Assembly (NCBI GenBank): GCA_040182905.1 | Contig: JARQWU010000057.1 | Location: 1 to 46,142, forward strand | Direction of reading: 5' to 3' | Length of the DNA: 46,142 nt | Source: Barthelona sp. PAP020 | Lineage: Eukaryota | Shown here: in pieces, positions 1 to 15,000 of the stretch | Position numbering within the stretch: position 1 is the stretch's first letter | Layout of the letters: every line of letters starts with the position of its first letter | The notes under the pieces: model-generated | Database searches by the model: none | Told to the model about the DNA's origin: nothing | The model's input: only the letters and a program-made list of their open reading frames with translations | Made by a program: the position numbers and the translations under genes

Positions 1-3000
1 GCTTCTACATCAAAAGTGTAAATCTCCAAATCATTATCATAGGCGAAAGAAACGTTTGGTTCAAGCAACAATGAACTATCTGCAATAATTTCAGAAATTT
101 TGTAAACTGCATCACAAGTGATGATTGTACCATAATAGAATTCTTCACAAGTTCCATCTTTTGGTACACCAGTAGATAATGAAGTAACACATTGACTGTC
201 ATCCATACACCATCCACAGAAAGAACGTGCAACACAATCTTCTTGAGTGTCAAATGCACTACAATCTGCACTACAATCCATTCCTTCATAACCATAATCA
301 CAGTCACATTCATCAGGATAGCATTCGCCGTGTTGGATTATCAAAGTACCTTTACCGACAAAACTACCTCCCAAACGATCATAATATCCACTATTACTGA
401 GGATTTTGCTATCCAAAGATGGAATGAATAAAATACCATCTTTATTCAGTTCAAACTTGTCATTCAACAGATTTGTTTCAACTTTCAAAGTACCATTAAG
501 TAAAACAATATTAGAAACATTTGCATACGTTGTCAGTTCAACATCTTTGAGTTGAACAATTCTGACAGTTGGTTCACACCAATCTTCCCATAATTCATTA
601 TTGGTGAAATTAGCTTGAGTGAAATTACTTGGTACAACAGGACAGTTTGTAGAATTGATGGTGAGAGGTACATTCTGATTATTAATTTGTGTTGTGTCAT
701 AAATTATCAATTGACCTCCAGTTATTAAGAATTCACCAGCAATCAAATTAATGTAATCCATGATATAATGGGTACCTCCAGTGATGTAAATATTACCATT
801 AGAATTGAATATAACATCAGAAGTGAAAGTTGTTTGACCAGAAGCCAAATTCAAGCTGCCACTATACCCAACAGTCCAAGTACCATTCAAACTCAAATCT
901 TCAACAGGATTCAATTCAAGTTCTCCAGCATTGACAGCGAAAGAACCATTACCACTGATGCCTGTAGAAATTGGGAAACTAATTGCAGAAATGACAATAG
1001 AACCATAATTAACTATTTCAGCATATTCAAGCAACTCTGCATTTGATGGAAGCGTGTAAATACCACAATCACTACAGCCTATGGTCAATTCACCATTATA
1101 ATGAATGATAAATTTACCATTTCTCTTTATTGTGACATTTGCATCTTCATACCATCCCATGAGTGTTTTGAGATGGAAATCAGCATTGTCAACGACAATA
1201 CCACCCTTTGGCATAAACACACCACTGTATGCAGTTCCTAAAATATTGAATTCACCAGTATTATCACTAGAAGTAACAGTAAGATCTTCTACATTATTTC
1301 CAAATTCAACTACATCAATAACACCATTATTCAAAACTTCAAACGTTGTATTTGAACAATCAATGGTCTTGAAATTGGCTTTTCCTTCAACATGGAAATT
1401 AACATCAACAGCCTCACAAGAAATACCAGATTCAATATTCAAATAGTTACCAGCTCTAATGTATACTTCACCACCATTGAATGTACAATCCATAACCCCA
1501 GTTAAAGATACGTTGGCTTCCATGGTAAGTCCTTGTTCAAAAATAACTTCTGTACTGTCAACTTCAAGAGGAGCTTTCAAAATTGCATTACGAAGCTTCA
1601 GCAAACCACCACCACTTCTTCTGAATGAAGATTCTAAAATAACACGAGAATTCTCGATGAAATCAAATTCACAACTTGCATCAGAAGATGACAGTGAACC
1701 GAAAGCTGGAATCCAGAAGATACCAGAAGATTGACCAGCGATAACACCTGATCTCCAATCAACAGAACAATTTAAATACAAAGTGAACTTACCATCAATC
1801 AATTTGGTATTTGTTGTATCAATCAGTGTAGAACCATTAACTGTAATGTTACCTGCACCAATGAGTGTTGCACTTTCCCAAGTAAATTCATTCTTTACAT
1901 AGGCATAACCATCACCAGAAATAGTACCAGCATTTAAAGTCAAATCTTCAATTTCAATAGAACCGTTCAAGTAGAAAGTAATATCAGCATTGTCCAAAAC
2001 TAAAGCAGTTAAATAAGAAGGTTTGCTACCAAGAACTTCCAAATGCCCAGAAACAAGTTCAATTGGACGAACTGAATTTTGAATCTTTGCACCATCCTTC
2101 AATGACAGTTTACCACCATTGAAAGTAAATTCTCTGGTCATTGTTACTGAAGATTGCTCCAATCTTAAGGTACCAATCAATTCGACTTCACCATAAACAG
2201 TAAATGTCGCATCAGTTCCATAAATTGTGTGAATACCAGTACCGAAACATATTTGTCTTTGCATAAGGTAATCACCAGATGACCAAGATTTTCTTTCAAG
2301 AACCAACAAACCAGCAATGTGATTGACAACACCATCGTAGTTAAACAAACCTTGAATAACAATAGATTCATCAGATTTTTGATAAAAAGTACCATAGTTA
2401 TGAATACCAGCGTTAGATTCACTGTCAATGTCATGAACTTGTGCAGAACAATCAAGACCTGTCAACTCCATTTCAGCACCGACATTTACCACCAATTTGG
2501 ATTGATTGTAGAAATTTAAGACACCGGCAGACCATGTGATCAAAGTGTTTGATTGCAATTCAACCAAGTCATACAATTTCTTTTCTTCAGAACCAACGAT
2601 CTTCAATGTATCAGACACAATCAATTTACCAGGTCCAATCAATGAACCAGCATACCAATTGAAATCAGAGAAATGCCCTGTTCCTTTACCAGCAATTGTA
2701 CCTTGCTGCATCGTAATTGGTTCGTTAACCAATAAATCTCCGTTGTTTATCAAATATGATTCTTCATTGATAATACGTAAGGATTCAATTTCAACATAAG
2801 CTCCTTCATTGATGGTGAAATATGGATTATAGATATCAACATCAGCAAGAATATAATGGAAACTAGAATAAACTGAAGGAGGTTTGGCTATTGTAACATT
2901 ACCTTCAGTTAAAGTAAGGGAACCAGATGAAGATCCAGTAGAGAAAGGATATTCAATGTGCAAATGTCCCTTTTGAATGATGATACCACCACTGCAATCA

Positions 3001-6000
3001 AACACAGCAACAGCGATTGTGGATTCACCATATGCATACATTCTGGAGTTTCCATTTATGGAACCAGCACCCAAAATTGTACCAGAATACAAGTAGAGAC
3101 GACTAGTAACTTCTAAATCTTCAGCAACATTTAAGATTCCTGAATTATTCAAATAAACCTTGGTGAAACGAGAGCTACCAATTATTTGAACTGTACCATT
3201 TTGAATTTCAAGGGTTCTGAATAAAGCTGGATTATTATCTTGATCTCCAATCAATACAGAACCATCATAGACATGAATTTCACAGGAAGAGGGCACCTTT
3301 GCAGCATCATGCTTAATAGTGACAACACCATCATAGACATTAATATCAGCGATATTCAAACCTGCAGCCACATAAACTTCAGTATATTCTCCCATAATAG
3401 ATAAAATACCCGTAAAATCACCAGCTAAATTGGAAGTCAATGTGTGTGAACCATCAGAATAACGCAATTCAGCACTGTTTTGCAATGATAATGAACCAGA
3501 TGTAAAATCAGATAAAGTTCGGATGTTCAAAACACCACCAACAAGTGAAATTTCATTTTCATTTTGAATACCAGAAATGGTAGTTACAGATACTGATAAT
3601 TTGCTCACAATACCACGATTGATGAAAGCAAAAGTACCTCCAGCAGAATCAAAGTTAGAATCTGTTCCAATAATTTTCAATTCACCAGTGGATTCAATGA
3701 TGAATGAACCAGTTGTTGCAACAATTGAACCTTGATGCCAACGAATAATACCCAATGCATGGAAAGTCATATCTTTGAGAGTTAAAGTAGACAATAAATA
3801 CATGTCCATTTCATCAAGAAGATAAACATGTCCAGATACACCAAAACTACCACCTCTCCAAATCATATTTTCAACAAACATGTTGCCACTACCTTTCACT
3901 TGTCCAGAACTGATATTCAACATGGACAACACACGAACATTAGATGATATCTGTAAAGTACCACCATTGATAATAATAGTACCCAATGTTTGATTCAATA
4001 CAACTGGCTTCAACAGTAAAGTACCATTGAAGAGGTTGAAATAAGGATCAATAGTTGTTGTTTGAACAAATGGTTGTGGAACAGTAACAGTACCATTGTA
4101 CAAATTGTAAATTGTACTGTAAGATTTTACACTTTTGAAAGATACGACAGTGTTTTTGTCAACAAAATCAACCATGCCACCATGAATTTCAAACTTCAAC
4201 AAATGTGTACCAGCTTTGAAAACAAGCTTAGAAGTACTGTCTAAAGTCCATAATCCATCCAAGGTGGTAGTAGCAGACATTGTAAGAATACAACCAATCA
4301 AATTCACATTGCCATTGATGGTAACATCAGAGAGATCAATGGCACCATAAAGATTCAACTGACCATTAACAATGAATCCTCCAACTGAATCACCAACGGC
4401 CAATTCAGTTCCAGAATAGATGTTACCAACACCAGTTGATTCAATGACTACTGAAGAGGAAGCTTCAATAGTAAACAATGTGACTGGGAATTCAACAATA
4501 CCAAATATTTGGTATGTTAAATCTGTGATTGTATCCTTTTGTAAATACAATTTTGCATTTTCATTGACAATAACAGAACCAGGTCCAACAATATTATCAA
4601 CAATTGTTGCAATTCCACTAATATATATAGCAGAGTTCTGTTTCAAATTATAGGTGGTTCCATTCACAATCAAATGTTTCTTAACATTGATTGAAGTACC
4701 AAAAGTATGAATGTTAACGATACCACCATTCAAATAGAGATAATCAATTGACAGTGGAGTAACAGTTAGAGCTTTCCATAACCAGATACCTCCATTAATA
4801 TGAATATAACCAGTAGAACTGAAAGGAGTTTGAACATTGATAGATCCATCATAAAGGAACAAACCAGATTCATTATTTTTACCGATAGAGAAAGCACCAT
4901 AGAGATTCAAACTGACATCAGAGTTATTCACAATCATCTTGCCATTACCTGTCAATGCTGAAGAAGCAGCAAATGACTTAGTCTCAGAACTAAAGAATTG
5001 TACAGTACAATTTTCTGAAATGTCAAAGACAGATTCGGAAACGAAAGATCCATAGATATTGACAAAACCATTTGTACAATTAAATGAACCAGAAACATCC
5101 AAACCCCAGTATAGTGAAACAGTACTGGTTCTGTTTGGTGTATTGAAAAGAATCATACCATCAATCTTGAATATATTGGTTTTATTAATGAATTCAATGT
5201 CTTCATTGTTGCCAAATATCAATCTACCAGTTTCAGTTAAATGAACTGTAGCAGCACCATCAGAAATGAAATTGGGATCAGAAATAGAAACATTACCACT
5301 CAACTCAATTGTTGGACCATCAATCAGGATGAAATCTCCAGATAATGAACCACTTCCTTGAATATCGAGTGTTGTAGAAGCACCAGAAATAGTACCACTC
5401 ACCCATTCAAGAGCATCTTTGACAGTTAAACTGCCACTACCAGTGATAATACCACCATTCATTGATAGTTTTCCTTCAACAACCAGCGGTTTCTCAACAG
5501 TAAGTTTACCACCCTTCATGTTTAATTCAGTGTTGACAATTAATGTCTCAGCAGTGGATAATTCACCAGTATTTGAAATAATAAGAGTTCCAATATTGTA
5601 TGATTCACCTTCTGTCATACTTTCAAAGTTCAAAAGACCATCACTTAATCTGATAACACCAGGACATTCCATACCACGTTGAGCAATGAATGTACCACCA
5701 TTGATAACAATACCATTCAAAGGATCTGTTAAATTAACACTACCACTCATAGAAAGAGTAGCATTGGTTATTTCAATAGATCCTGCACCAACGAAAGCAG
5801 AACCACTTTCCATTTCATGAACACCACCATTCGTTAATTCAATTGAACAAATACTTTCTAAATTCCATTTTCCATCAGTAACAGTGTTGGAACTGATTTG
5901 AACATCACCACTAACACATCTTAATTCTCCTTGAATGTTGAATGACCAATGAATCATCAATAATGTGGGAGAGTTGATGGCAACTTGTCCATTGACATTG

Positions 6001-9000
6001 ACGATATCAGTGCTATCACCTTCAATGGAAAGAGTTGTGCTTGGATTAACGGCAAATTCACCACCAGATAAGACATTAATGGTGGTACCACCATTTGACG
6101 AAATGATGGGACCATTTAAGAATTGACAAGAACCATAAATATTGAGGGTAGGACCATCTATGAAAGTGATACCTGTCCCATCAACAGTAAATGTATTAGA
6201 AACAGTTAAAGTTAACAAAGAACCAATATAATAACCACCATCAACATCAACAGTACCTGAAACATCAACAGTACCAGAACCAGTAATATTAGCCCCACTG
6301 TAATGAGTTAATGAACCAGAAATATAAAGTGTGCTTGAAGTTTGAATCTCACCTCCTTCCAAAATGTAGTTTCCACTAACTTGAAGATTGGAGCTAACAT
6401 CAAGAACACCAGCAGTTTGAGTAATACTGTCAATTTCATAAGTACTAACATCAGGTTCAAACATAACGACACCATCAGTACCATTCAATAAAAGAGGTGT
6501 ATTGTCACTAGACAATAGTTTAAATCCATTTTGACAAATTAAAGTACCATTGGAGACGTATGCAACGGCACCAGCCTCAAGTTCCAAATAAGAACCAATG
6601 GTAACTTCATTACCACCATCAACAGAGAAAATGAATGGTCCATAAATAGGTTCTGAACCACTAATTGAACCACCTTTCAACAACAAATTTCCGTGAAGGT
6701 GAATCTTGGCATCCAAAACAGTTGAACCACCTCTAATATCAAGGTCAGTAATGTTCACTTCACCTTTGATGCTAACAGAACCACTCATAATTGTCATTTG
6801 ATCAACATTGTAATTATCAATACCAGTGGCCAAAGTGTTGAAAACAACATTTCCATAAATATAGAAAGGACAATCTTCATTAATGACTCTGGCTTTCTTT
6901 CCGAAATATAAAGTGGAACCAGATTGAACAGTCATTGAAGCTGAACCACTTAAAAGAACTGGCAACTCAATCGTAACAGGGTTAGCTGTAATTTGAAGAT
7001 TACCTGTAACTTCCCAAATACCATCACCAGTAAGAACACAACCACTTTGAAGTAAAGCAGAACCACCAACATTAAGGGTCTTCTTAACTTCAATAATAGC
7101 AGAACGTAAAGTTAAATATTCTCCAATTTCTGTATTTCCGTTCATTTGAAGAGTACCACCATCAACAACTTCCAATCGAGGAACTTGAAGAACAGTATCA
7201 CCCAAATCAGGAATAATGAATTTACCACTCACAGAAACTGAAATAGCAATATCTTGATCAAAAGAAGCTGTTTCATACAATTGCATATCTCCATTGGTGA
7301 TGAAGAATTGACCAGCAGTAAGATAGAAATCACCATATTGATGAACTGAACCATATTGAATATCAACTCTACCACTTGAAGTTAAAGTAGAATTATCATG
7401 AATATAAGCATTTTCAGCTTGGAATACCAATTGACCCGGGGCAACAACAATAATGTCGGCATAATTATCAAATCTCTTCTTGACATAAGTTTTACCACCA
7501 CTTACCTTCAAAATATTGTAATTTTCGAAATATTCAATATAAGTATCGGATTTAAATTCAACAGTACCATAATTGACAAATATACCAGTATTATCTTGAG
7601 ATAATAACTTTAATGCCTGGATACCACCTAATTGAGTGACAATAGCTGTATTTTCAGAAACAATGAACTTAGAGTTGCTCAAAGTATAAATAGTACGCTC
7701 ATCTAATGAAACAGTAGAACAATTGAGATACAGATTTGTTCCTTTCAATTTCAGAGCAGCAGCACCAAAGATGATGTTTTGTTGAACAAACACATATCCA
7801 ACACTTTCCATATAAACATCACCAACGGCAGGACTAGTTGACCAAGAGAAAGTGTCAGCAGTTACATTACCAACACCGTCAAGATAACCAGCGAACATAT
7901 TGAATGTGCCAATTTTCATGATTCCACCATTCAAGACAAGTCTTGAATTGCCAGTCAGTCTTAAACGATCAACAGAAGCTACTTCTACATTTTCATCAAC
8001 AGTAATTTCAGCAATTCCAGATAAAATCAAATCTGCATATGCATTAGAAATGTTTGCTGAAGCAAACAATTTCATCACACCCTTATCTAAACTGAATTCA
8101 CACAATTCACGAATAATCAAAGTTGAATAAACCAAAAGGGAAACATCAGGATCATCGATGTAAATTGTACCATTAACACAATCAATGACTGAAGATGTGT
8201 CAAATTTATGATCACCAGAGTTGAAAATAATTTCACCACCATCAATCATGTTGACTTTACCATTCATTACAGAATCTTCATATAATACCAAAGTATCATG
8301 AATGTTGATAGTACCATCATTTTGAAGACCAGTCAAGGATAATGAACCTTTGTGAATTTCTAAAATTCCTTCAATAAGGAATTTGGCAATGGCACTGTTG
8401 ATGTTTAATGATGCGCCAACAGTGGAAGATACATTGAGCATACCTCCCTCCTTCAAATAAATTTGAGAAGAAACGAGATCAACAACCAAACCAACTTCAA
8501 TAGTACCACGAACCCATTCAACATAATCACCATTGTCAATAATGAATTTAAAACCTTTATTAATATTCAAGGATCTATCAAGATCGATCAATGTGGTTTT
8601 TGCATTCAAGACACCAAGTCCCTTGAAAGTACCACCATGAATAGTTAGATCATTAACATTGATGTAAACTGTACCAACAGAACTATCGTCAGTAGTTAGA
8701 ATAACGTTGTCAATAACCAATTTATCAAAATTAATTGTGCTCAATACTTTAACAACAGGTGGATCAATGTCATCATGATAGAAGCGTACACTCTTCAAAT
8801 TGACCACAGACTTGACAATTCTCAATAGGCCTTTCTTGAAATGTAACAAAGGCTCAGAAACAATATCAGTGTTCAAGTTCAAAGTACCAGAATTGAAAAT
8901 GAATTCTGAGTTATCTCCCATGTTGACATCACCGGACCATACAGATGCACTATCAAGTTCATCAATAGTAATACTTCCATTGACCCAAAGTTTAGAACCG

Positions 9001-12000
9001 GCTTGAACATTGAAAGTAGCGGCATTTATCAAAATTCCAGCATCCTCCTCAACATACAACTTATTATAGAGTGTTGCATCGGTTGCATCAATTTTCAAGT
9101 CTCCTTTTTCAACATAAATTTCTCCATAAATATTAGTTTCAACATTAATATAGAATACTGATGTATTTGTTCCAGTAACATTCAAAGTACCCTTTACAAT
9201 GAAATATGAAGCAGGATTAACATCGTCAGTAACAATCTTCAAATCGTCAGTGATACTATGAGACACATTCATAAAAGCACCATCAGCAACATACAATTTT
9301 GCAGTTCCAGACAGATCAATAATGTAGTTATCAAAAATGAACTCTCCGTAGATGTACAAGATTCTGTTAGTGATAATCAAATCATTGTGAAGAATCAAGT
9401 GATTAGTTGAAGTGTTTGAAGAAGAACCAATTTGAACACCTCCAAATATTTCATAATTTTCTTTGATCAATATCAGAGCTTGAGCACCGCTTATCGTTCC
9501 ATTATATTGTGTCAAATTGCCAACAGTTAAATTGGACATTTCGTTAACACAAAGGTTTGATTCATTCAACAAATGAATGTGATAAGTAACATTCAAATCA
9601 CTTTCACGTTGAACATTCAATAATGAAGAATTGTACAATTCAATTCTTGGAATAATAACTGATGCACCTTTTTGGGTAACAGGAGGTGTAGGAACAGTAA
9701 CTGTACCATCATAAATAATGATAATGGTATCAGAATTGTCAATTATTAATTCATTATGCAATTTCACATAATTTGTTATTGAAGTAGGGACATTGAATGC
9801 AATGTTTCCTGTAGAATTAAATTCAGCCTTGAAATTGACTTCACAATTTCCTTCAAACAACAAATCAATATCTCCTTCAATAAGTAACGAATTGGCTAAA
9901 TTGTAAGAATTGTCAGCAAATACAATGTTGTTGTTGAAACAAGTCTCATTATAAGATTTGACAGAGGTATCAATAGTACCACCTCCTTTAATATTCAAGA
10001 TTGCATTATCAAACATGAGAATGTTGGTTCTTGAATCAATTTTAATGAATAAAGTCATTTCACCATTAACATATATTTCTCCTTGATTATTCAATAACGA
10101 AGAGATTAATCCAGATTTAGGATCTTCAAAGACAGTAGTGCCATTGGCAAAATACTTGTCAAATATTCTCAATTCTGCAGACCAATCCATTTCGATTGTG
10201 ACATTATTGGAATGTACTTCACCCTTGCACTCAACAATTCTTTCATGCAATTTTATTGTGTTGTTTGATTCAATTAATAAATGATCTTCAAAAATAGTTC
10301 TGCCACCCAAACCTTTGATAAAGGTATCTTTCCAAATGGCATGCTGCTTGGCAACAACTTCACCAGATCCTTTAAGAATTCCATTGTTAAGATATGTAAT
10401 TCCCTTGATGTTAAAATCTCCGTTGACAGTGATATTACCATCATTAAAGATAAAATCGTTTCTGACTTCCCATTCAACACCACTATTTTGGGTAATTTCT
10501 CCATCATTCATGGTAACATCACAGAAAGAAATTAATGACTGACCAGAAGTTTGTGACATTTGAGTACTACCATTGTTGAAATTGAATGGCGCGCCACAAT
10601 TGGAAGCATTGAAAGGGGCAACAATTAATAAATTACCTTCGTTGAAATCAATGGGTAATACGGTAGAAATGAAACCAGAAAGTGTAACAGTGGCATCAAA
10701 CAAAATAATTGGACCAACTGCAGTGATATTGGCGGTATTAGCGAAAACAAACACACCTTGAGTGAAGTTAAGAGTTGAATTCTCAGAAACAAGAACTAAA
10801 CCAGTAATACTAGCACCCGCATTCAATTTAGCTTCACCTTCAGAAACATTAAATGTTCCATCAATCCACAATTTGGTTTCAAAAATAGTATTATTATGCA
10901 TAATAACATCACCTTTAATAACAAGACCTGTGGCAGCATAGAAAATACCACCAGTTTCAATATCAAAGGTTGCACCAGCTAATACTGTCATTTTAGCATC
11001 AACTGTTCCCAACAAATCAGCACCACTCCAAGATGCAGTTCCACGAATTTCAATATTCTTTTCTTTCCAACCTTTTGTAACATTTGTACTGATGTTCAAA
11101 TGTCCAATGACAATAAGTTTTCCATATCCTTCCATATCACCACCAAACCAATCAAAATCACCACCACTTATTGTAATGTCACCAGCACCAGCAATTTTAC
11201 CGGAGTAGAATACACCACCACTTTGGAATTCCCAAGGCTCAACAGCAGTAAAGTTACCGTTTGTAATATTGACTTTACGTTCAACAATAGTCTTGGAATC
11301 AGCACTAACTTCACCACCTAACATAATAAGTGAAGGTAACATGAAAGGATTAGTGGAAGAACCACCAGATAAGATAAGAGAACCATTATTGATCACAATG
11401 TCAGGTTTGTTGACAAATATTGTATCTGAGAACAATGTCAACGAACCACTCTCAACTCTCAAAGTTGAATTTGAAGTAACATTAAATGTGGTATATGAGA
11501 ACATTGTTGCACCATTTACAATGAAGAAACCTGACCCTTGAATTAATAGATCACTTATAAGATAGATAACACCTGAAGTAAATTCAAATCCAGACGTCTC
11601 ATCATATAACAAAGTACCACCATATGAAGAGTCACTTGAAATAATAACTTTAGTGGAAGCTAATGCAGCTAAAACTGCTCCTGCTTGATTGTGGATATAA
11701 ATAGAAACTTCAACAGTTCCACCACAACTGAATTCAATGAGATCATAGTTCTTCAAAAGAGGAGAAGAAGAAACACCAGGAATTAGTTGAAGGTTTGAGG
11801 CTTGCAAGTAGAATTTACCTTTGTTGTTGATAATTGGTGAATTATCTAATGATAAATATCCTGAAGCATAGTTTATTGTACCTTCATTGATAATTTCTCT
11901 TTGATCCAAAGTAACAATACCGTTGATATTCAGAGTATCGTTGATTTTTACAGAACCACTGCCTTTCAAATAACCACCATTCCATTCGAATTTATTGTTT

Positions 12001-15000
12001 GCTTTGACAATACCAGTACCAGTGATAACACCAGAATTGAAATTGACATCACCTCTAACTTCTAAGGTATTAACATCCATTTTAACATAAGAAAGAGAAC
12101 CAGTGATATTAACATCTTTCATTACAACAACACTACCGTCCATTTCAACAGTACCATTATATACAACAAGACTGTTCAATGTGAAACAATTTCTTGAAGG
12201 ATCTAATGGTGCAGTAACCTTGGCTGTACCACCATCAACAACTAAATCAACTCCAAATCTTTCACTTTCATCACATGAACCAGAAAGAATGTTAACAATA
12301 GCTCCTGATTTGACAATGACTTCAGACCTGATGGGATATATATCCTGAGTACCAGTATCAATTTCAATACCTTGACCTTCAGAAATAACTTCACCTTCAG
12401 TTGTTAATTTTTCCAAAGCAAATTCCATTCTTCCAAATGTTCCAGCTTTGAGATATGAATCTGAATAACCACCACCAATGAAAGTGACAGTACCATTATC
12501 AATATTAATTCTACCACTATTGGCCAATGACCATTCAATGATTGCTCTACTCACAGAATAATCAGGTTCATCACCTGGTGAAATGTTATCACAGGGAGCA
12601 ATAGGTTTTCTGATGGTACCATAATAAGTACCCATAAAATTGTAATATGAAATACAATTCTTCATGACAATAGGATCGGTTGGTGTGATATATGATTGAG
12701 CATCCACAGCAGATTGAACAGAAGTTGCGAAAGATACTAAATTACTCAGACCTTCATAAACAAGAGCGTGTGTTATTTTGGTCTTGGTCGCTTGAAGAAC
12801 AAACTTATAATCACCATTTGATAATTCATCATCAAAATCGATTGAATAAATTTGATATCCTCTGAATAAGATTGTCATAACACCTTCTTCGGTAAAGTCA
12901 ACAACCAAAGCACCATAATCAATTGAAGCAAAACTAATCACAAATTGAACATATTCACAATGAGAATAAATTGTTTCATTTGTTCCAACTATACATCCGG
13001 TAACATAACCTTTTCTTGTTAATTTGACTGCATAATTCATGACAACAATTGAAGGAGTTCCTGGATCATAATACATCTCTAATTCTAAAATATTCTCAAA
13101 ACCAAATCTGATGATAGTTCCTGTTGCATCACTGTCTGGTCTAAAACCAACAACAAATGCAAGAGCATCAGTTTTGAATAATCTGAAACCAACAGCAGTC
13201 ATTTGTGTATCAGCAAAATAAGCGTAGCCATTACTATATACTGGATCAGTCAGAGCATCTTCATAAACTCCGTAGAATTGATGAACATAGCAGAAGTTAG
13301 TATCTCCTGCAACTCTTTCATAATAACTGTTTTTAGTAATATTACCATAATTTTCGAGTGTGGCTTTTCCAGTACTACCTCTTAATAACATAGAGTTACC
13401 AAAAGTAATTGATGCATCTTGATTTGACAATGATGCAGAACTTTCACCCCAAACAACAGCATCCCAAATAGAAAGATTCATTTTATTCAATAATTTTCTG
13501 CCAGACAAAAGTTTGTAGAATGTGGTTTCAATGGAACTTTCTCCATATAAAACAGTAGTTCCTAAACCACTCATTGTACCTTCAATCCAAACAAAATTGC
13601 CAAAAGTACTGAAAGAACCTGTACCAGCTAATTCAGAGTTACCATCTTGAACAAAATTACCATATAAGTCAACCTTACCAGTAATCGTAACTTTACCTTC
13701 ATCAGATAATGTGAAATTATTCTTTATTTCCATATCTCCAATGATATTGACTTCTCCATTTTTAGAACTTAAACCAGAAATAACAATAGGTGCACTACTT
13801 GATTGTTTGAATGTTAATAAACCTCCTTCAACAATAAAAGTAGTATTCAAGTCATTGAATTGAACATCTGATGAAACTTGTGCAGATCCCTCCTTAATTG
13901 TGATAAGACCATTGACATGAGTGAAATTGTTGTTAATTGAAACTTGAGATGACCCTGAATTAACAATGAGATCACCTTCATCACTTACAAATGATAACTC
14001 AGAATAAAGAGTGTGAACTTCATCTCCTAATTCAACACTAGAATGATCTTGAAGAGTAATAATACCATAAAGATCAGAACCACCATCAAATACAACACTA
14101 CTGTTAACCATACTAATGTTACTCGTAGTGTGTGCATAGAACACAGATTCAAACGTGGTATTTGAAACATCCGAAAGAATCATAACACCATAGTTGTGGA
14201 ATTCAGAAGGTACATCACCAATATCCTCAATAGCAACATCTTCGGTATTTTCAAGAGTAAATGTGGCATCAAGACTATTGACTATTCTCGAAAATTCATC
14301 AAGAATTAATCTACCACCATTCCAAGTTGCTTCATGTTCAATACTAAGAGAAGATTGAATCATATATTTTGAATCACCCGACATTTCAACATCATAGGCA
14401 TACACAATACCAATATTGGTAACATTACCACCAGACCAATTGTAGACTTCAGTAACATTTAAACCATCAGCAACAACAACTTCTCCACAACTTAATGAGA
14501 AATTTTTAAAAGTGAAGAAAGAACAATGGAAATCGATTGTTCCGCCATTGACAGCTACTAAAGCAATATCAACATCACTTGGAGGACATCTAACAGATAA
14601 GTATCCACCTAACACTTGAACTACACCATCACCAGTCATTGAAGTACCAGTTAACCATTCAAAATTAGAAGTGTTAAATGATAGAGTGGAACCTTCTTTA
14701 GCATTCATCAAACCTTTGTTGAAACCATAAACTTGAAGAATCAATTCACCAGCTTCTGTTGACAAATTACCAAAGTTATAGAATTTAGAATCCCAAACAG
14801 CAACACTGTCCCCTTCTTTCTTTAATGTACCATAATTATAAAGATTGATACCAAACACATCTGCTTCATTTTCCAAGAGAACTCTGAGAACAGCATCCTC
14901 CAAAATAATGAAGCTTCCTTGTGAAAACCAACCAGCCATGGAAGAATATCCCTTCACAAGAACACCAGTGTTAATTAAATTGATGACAAATTCATGAACA

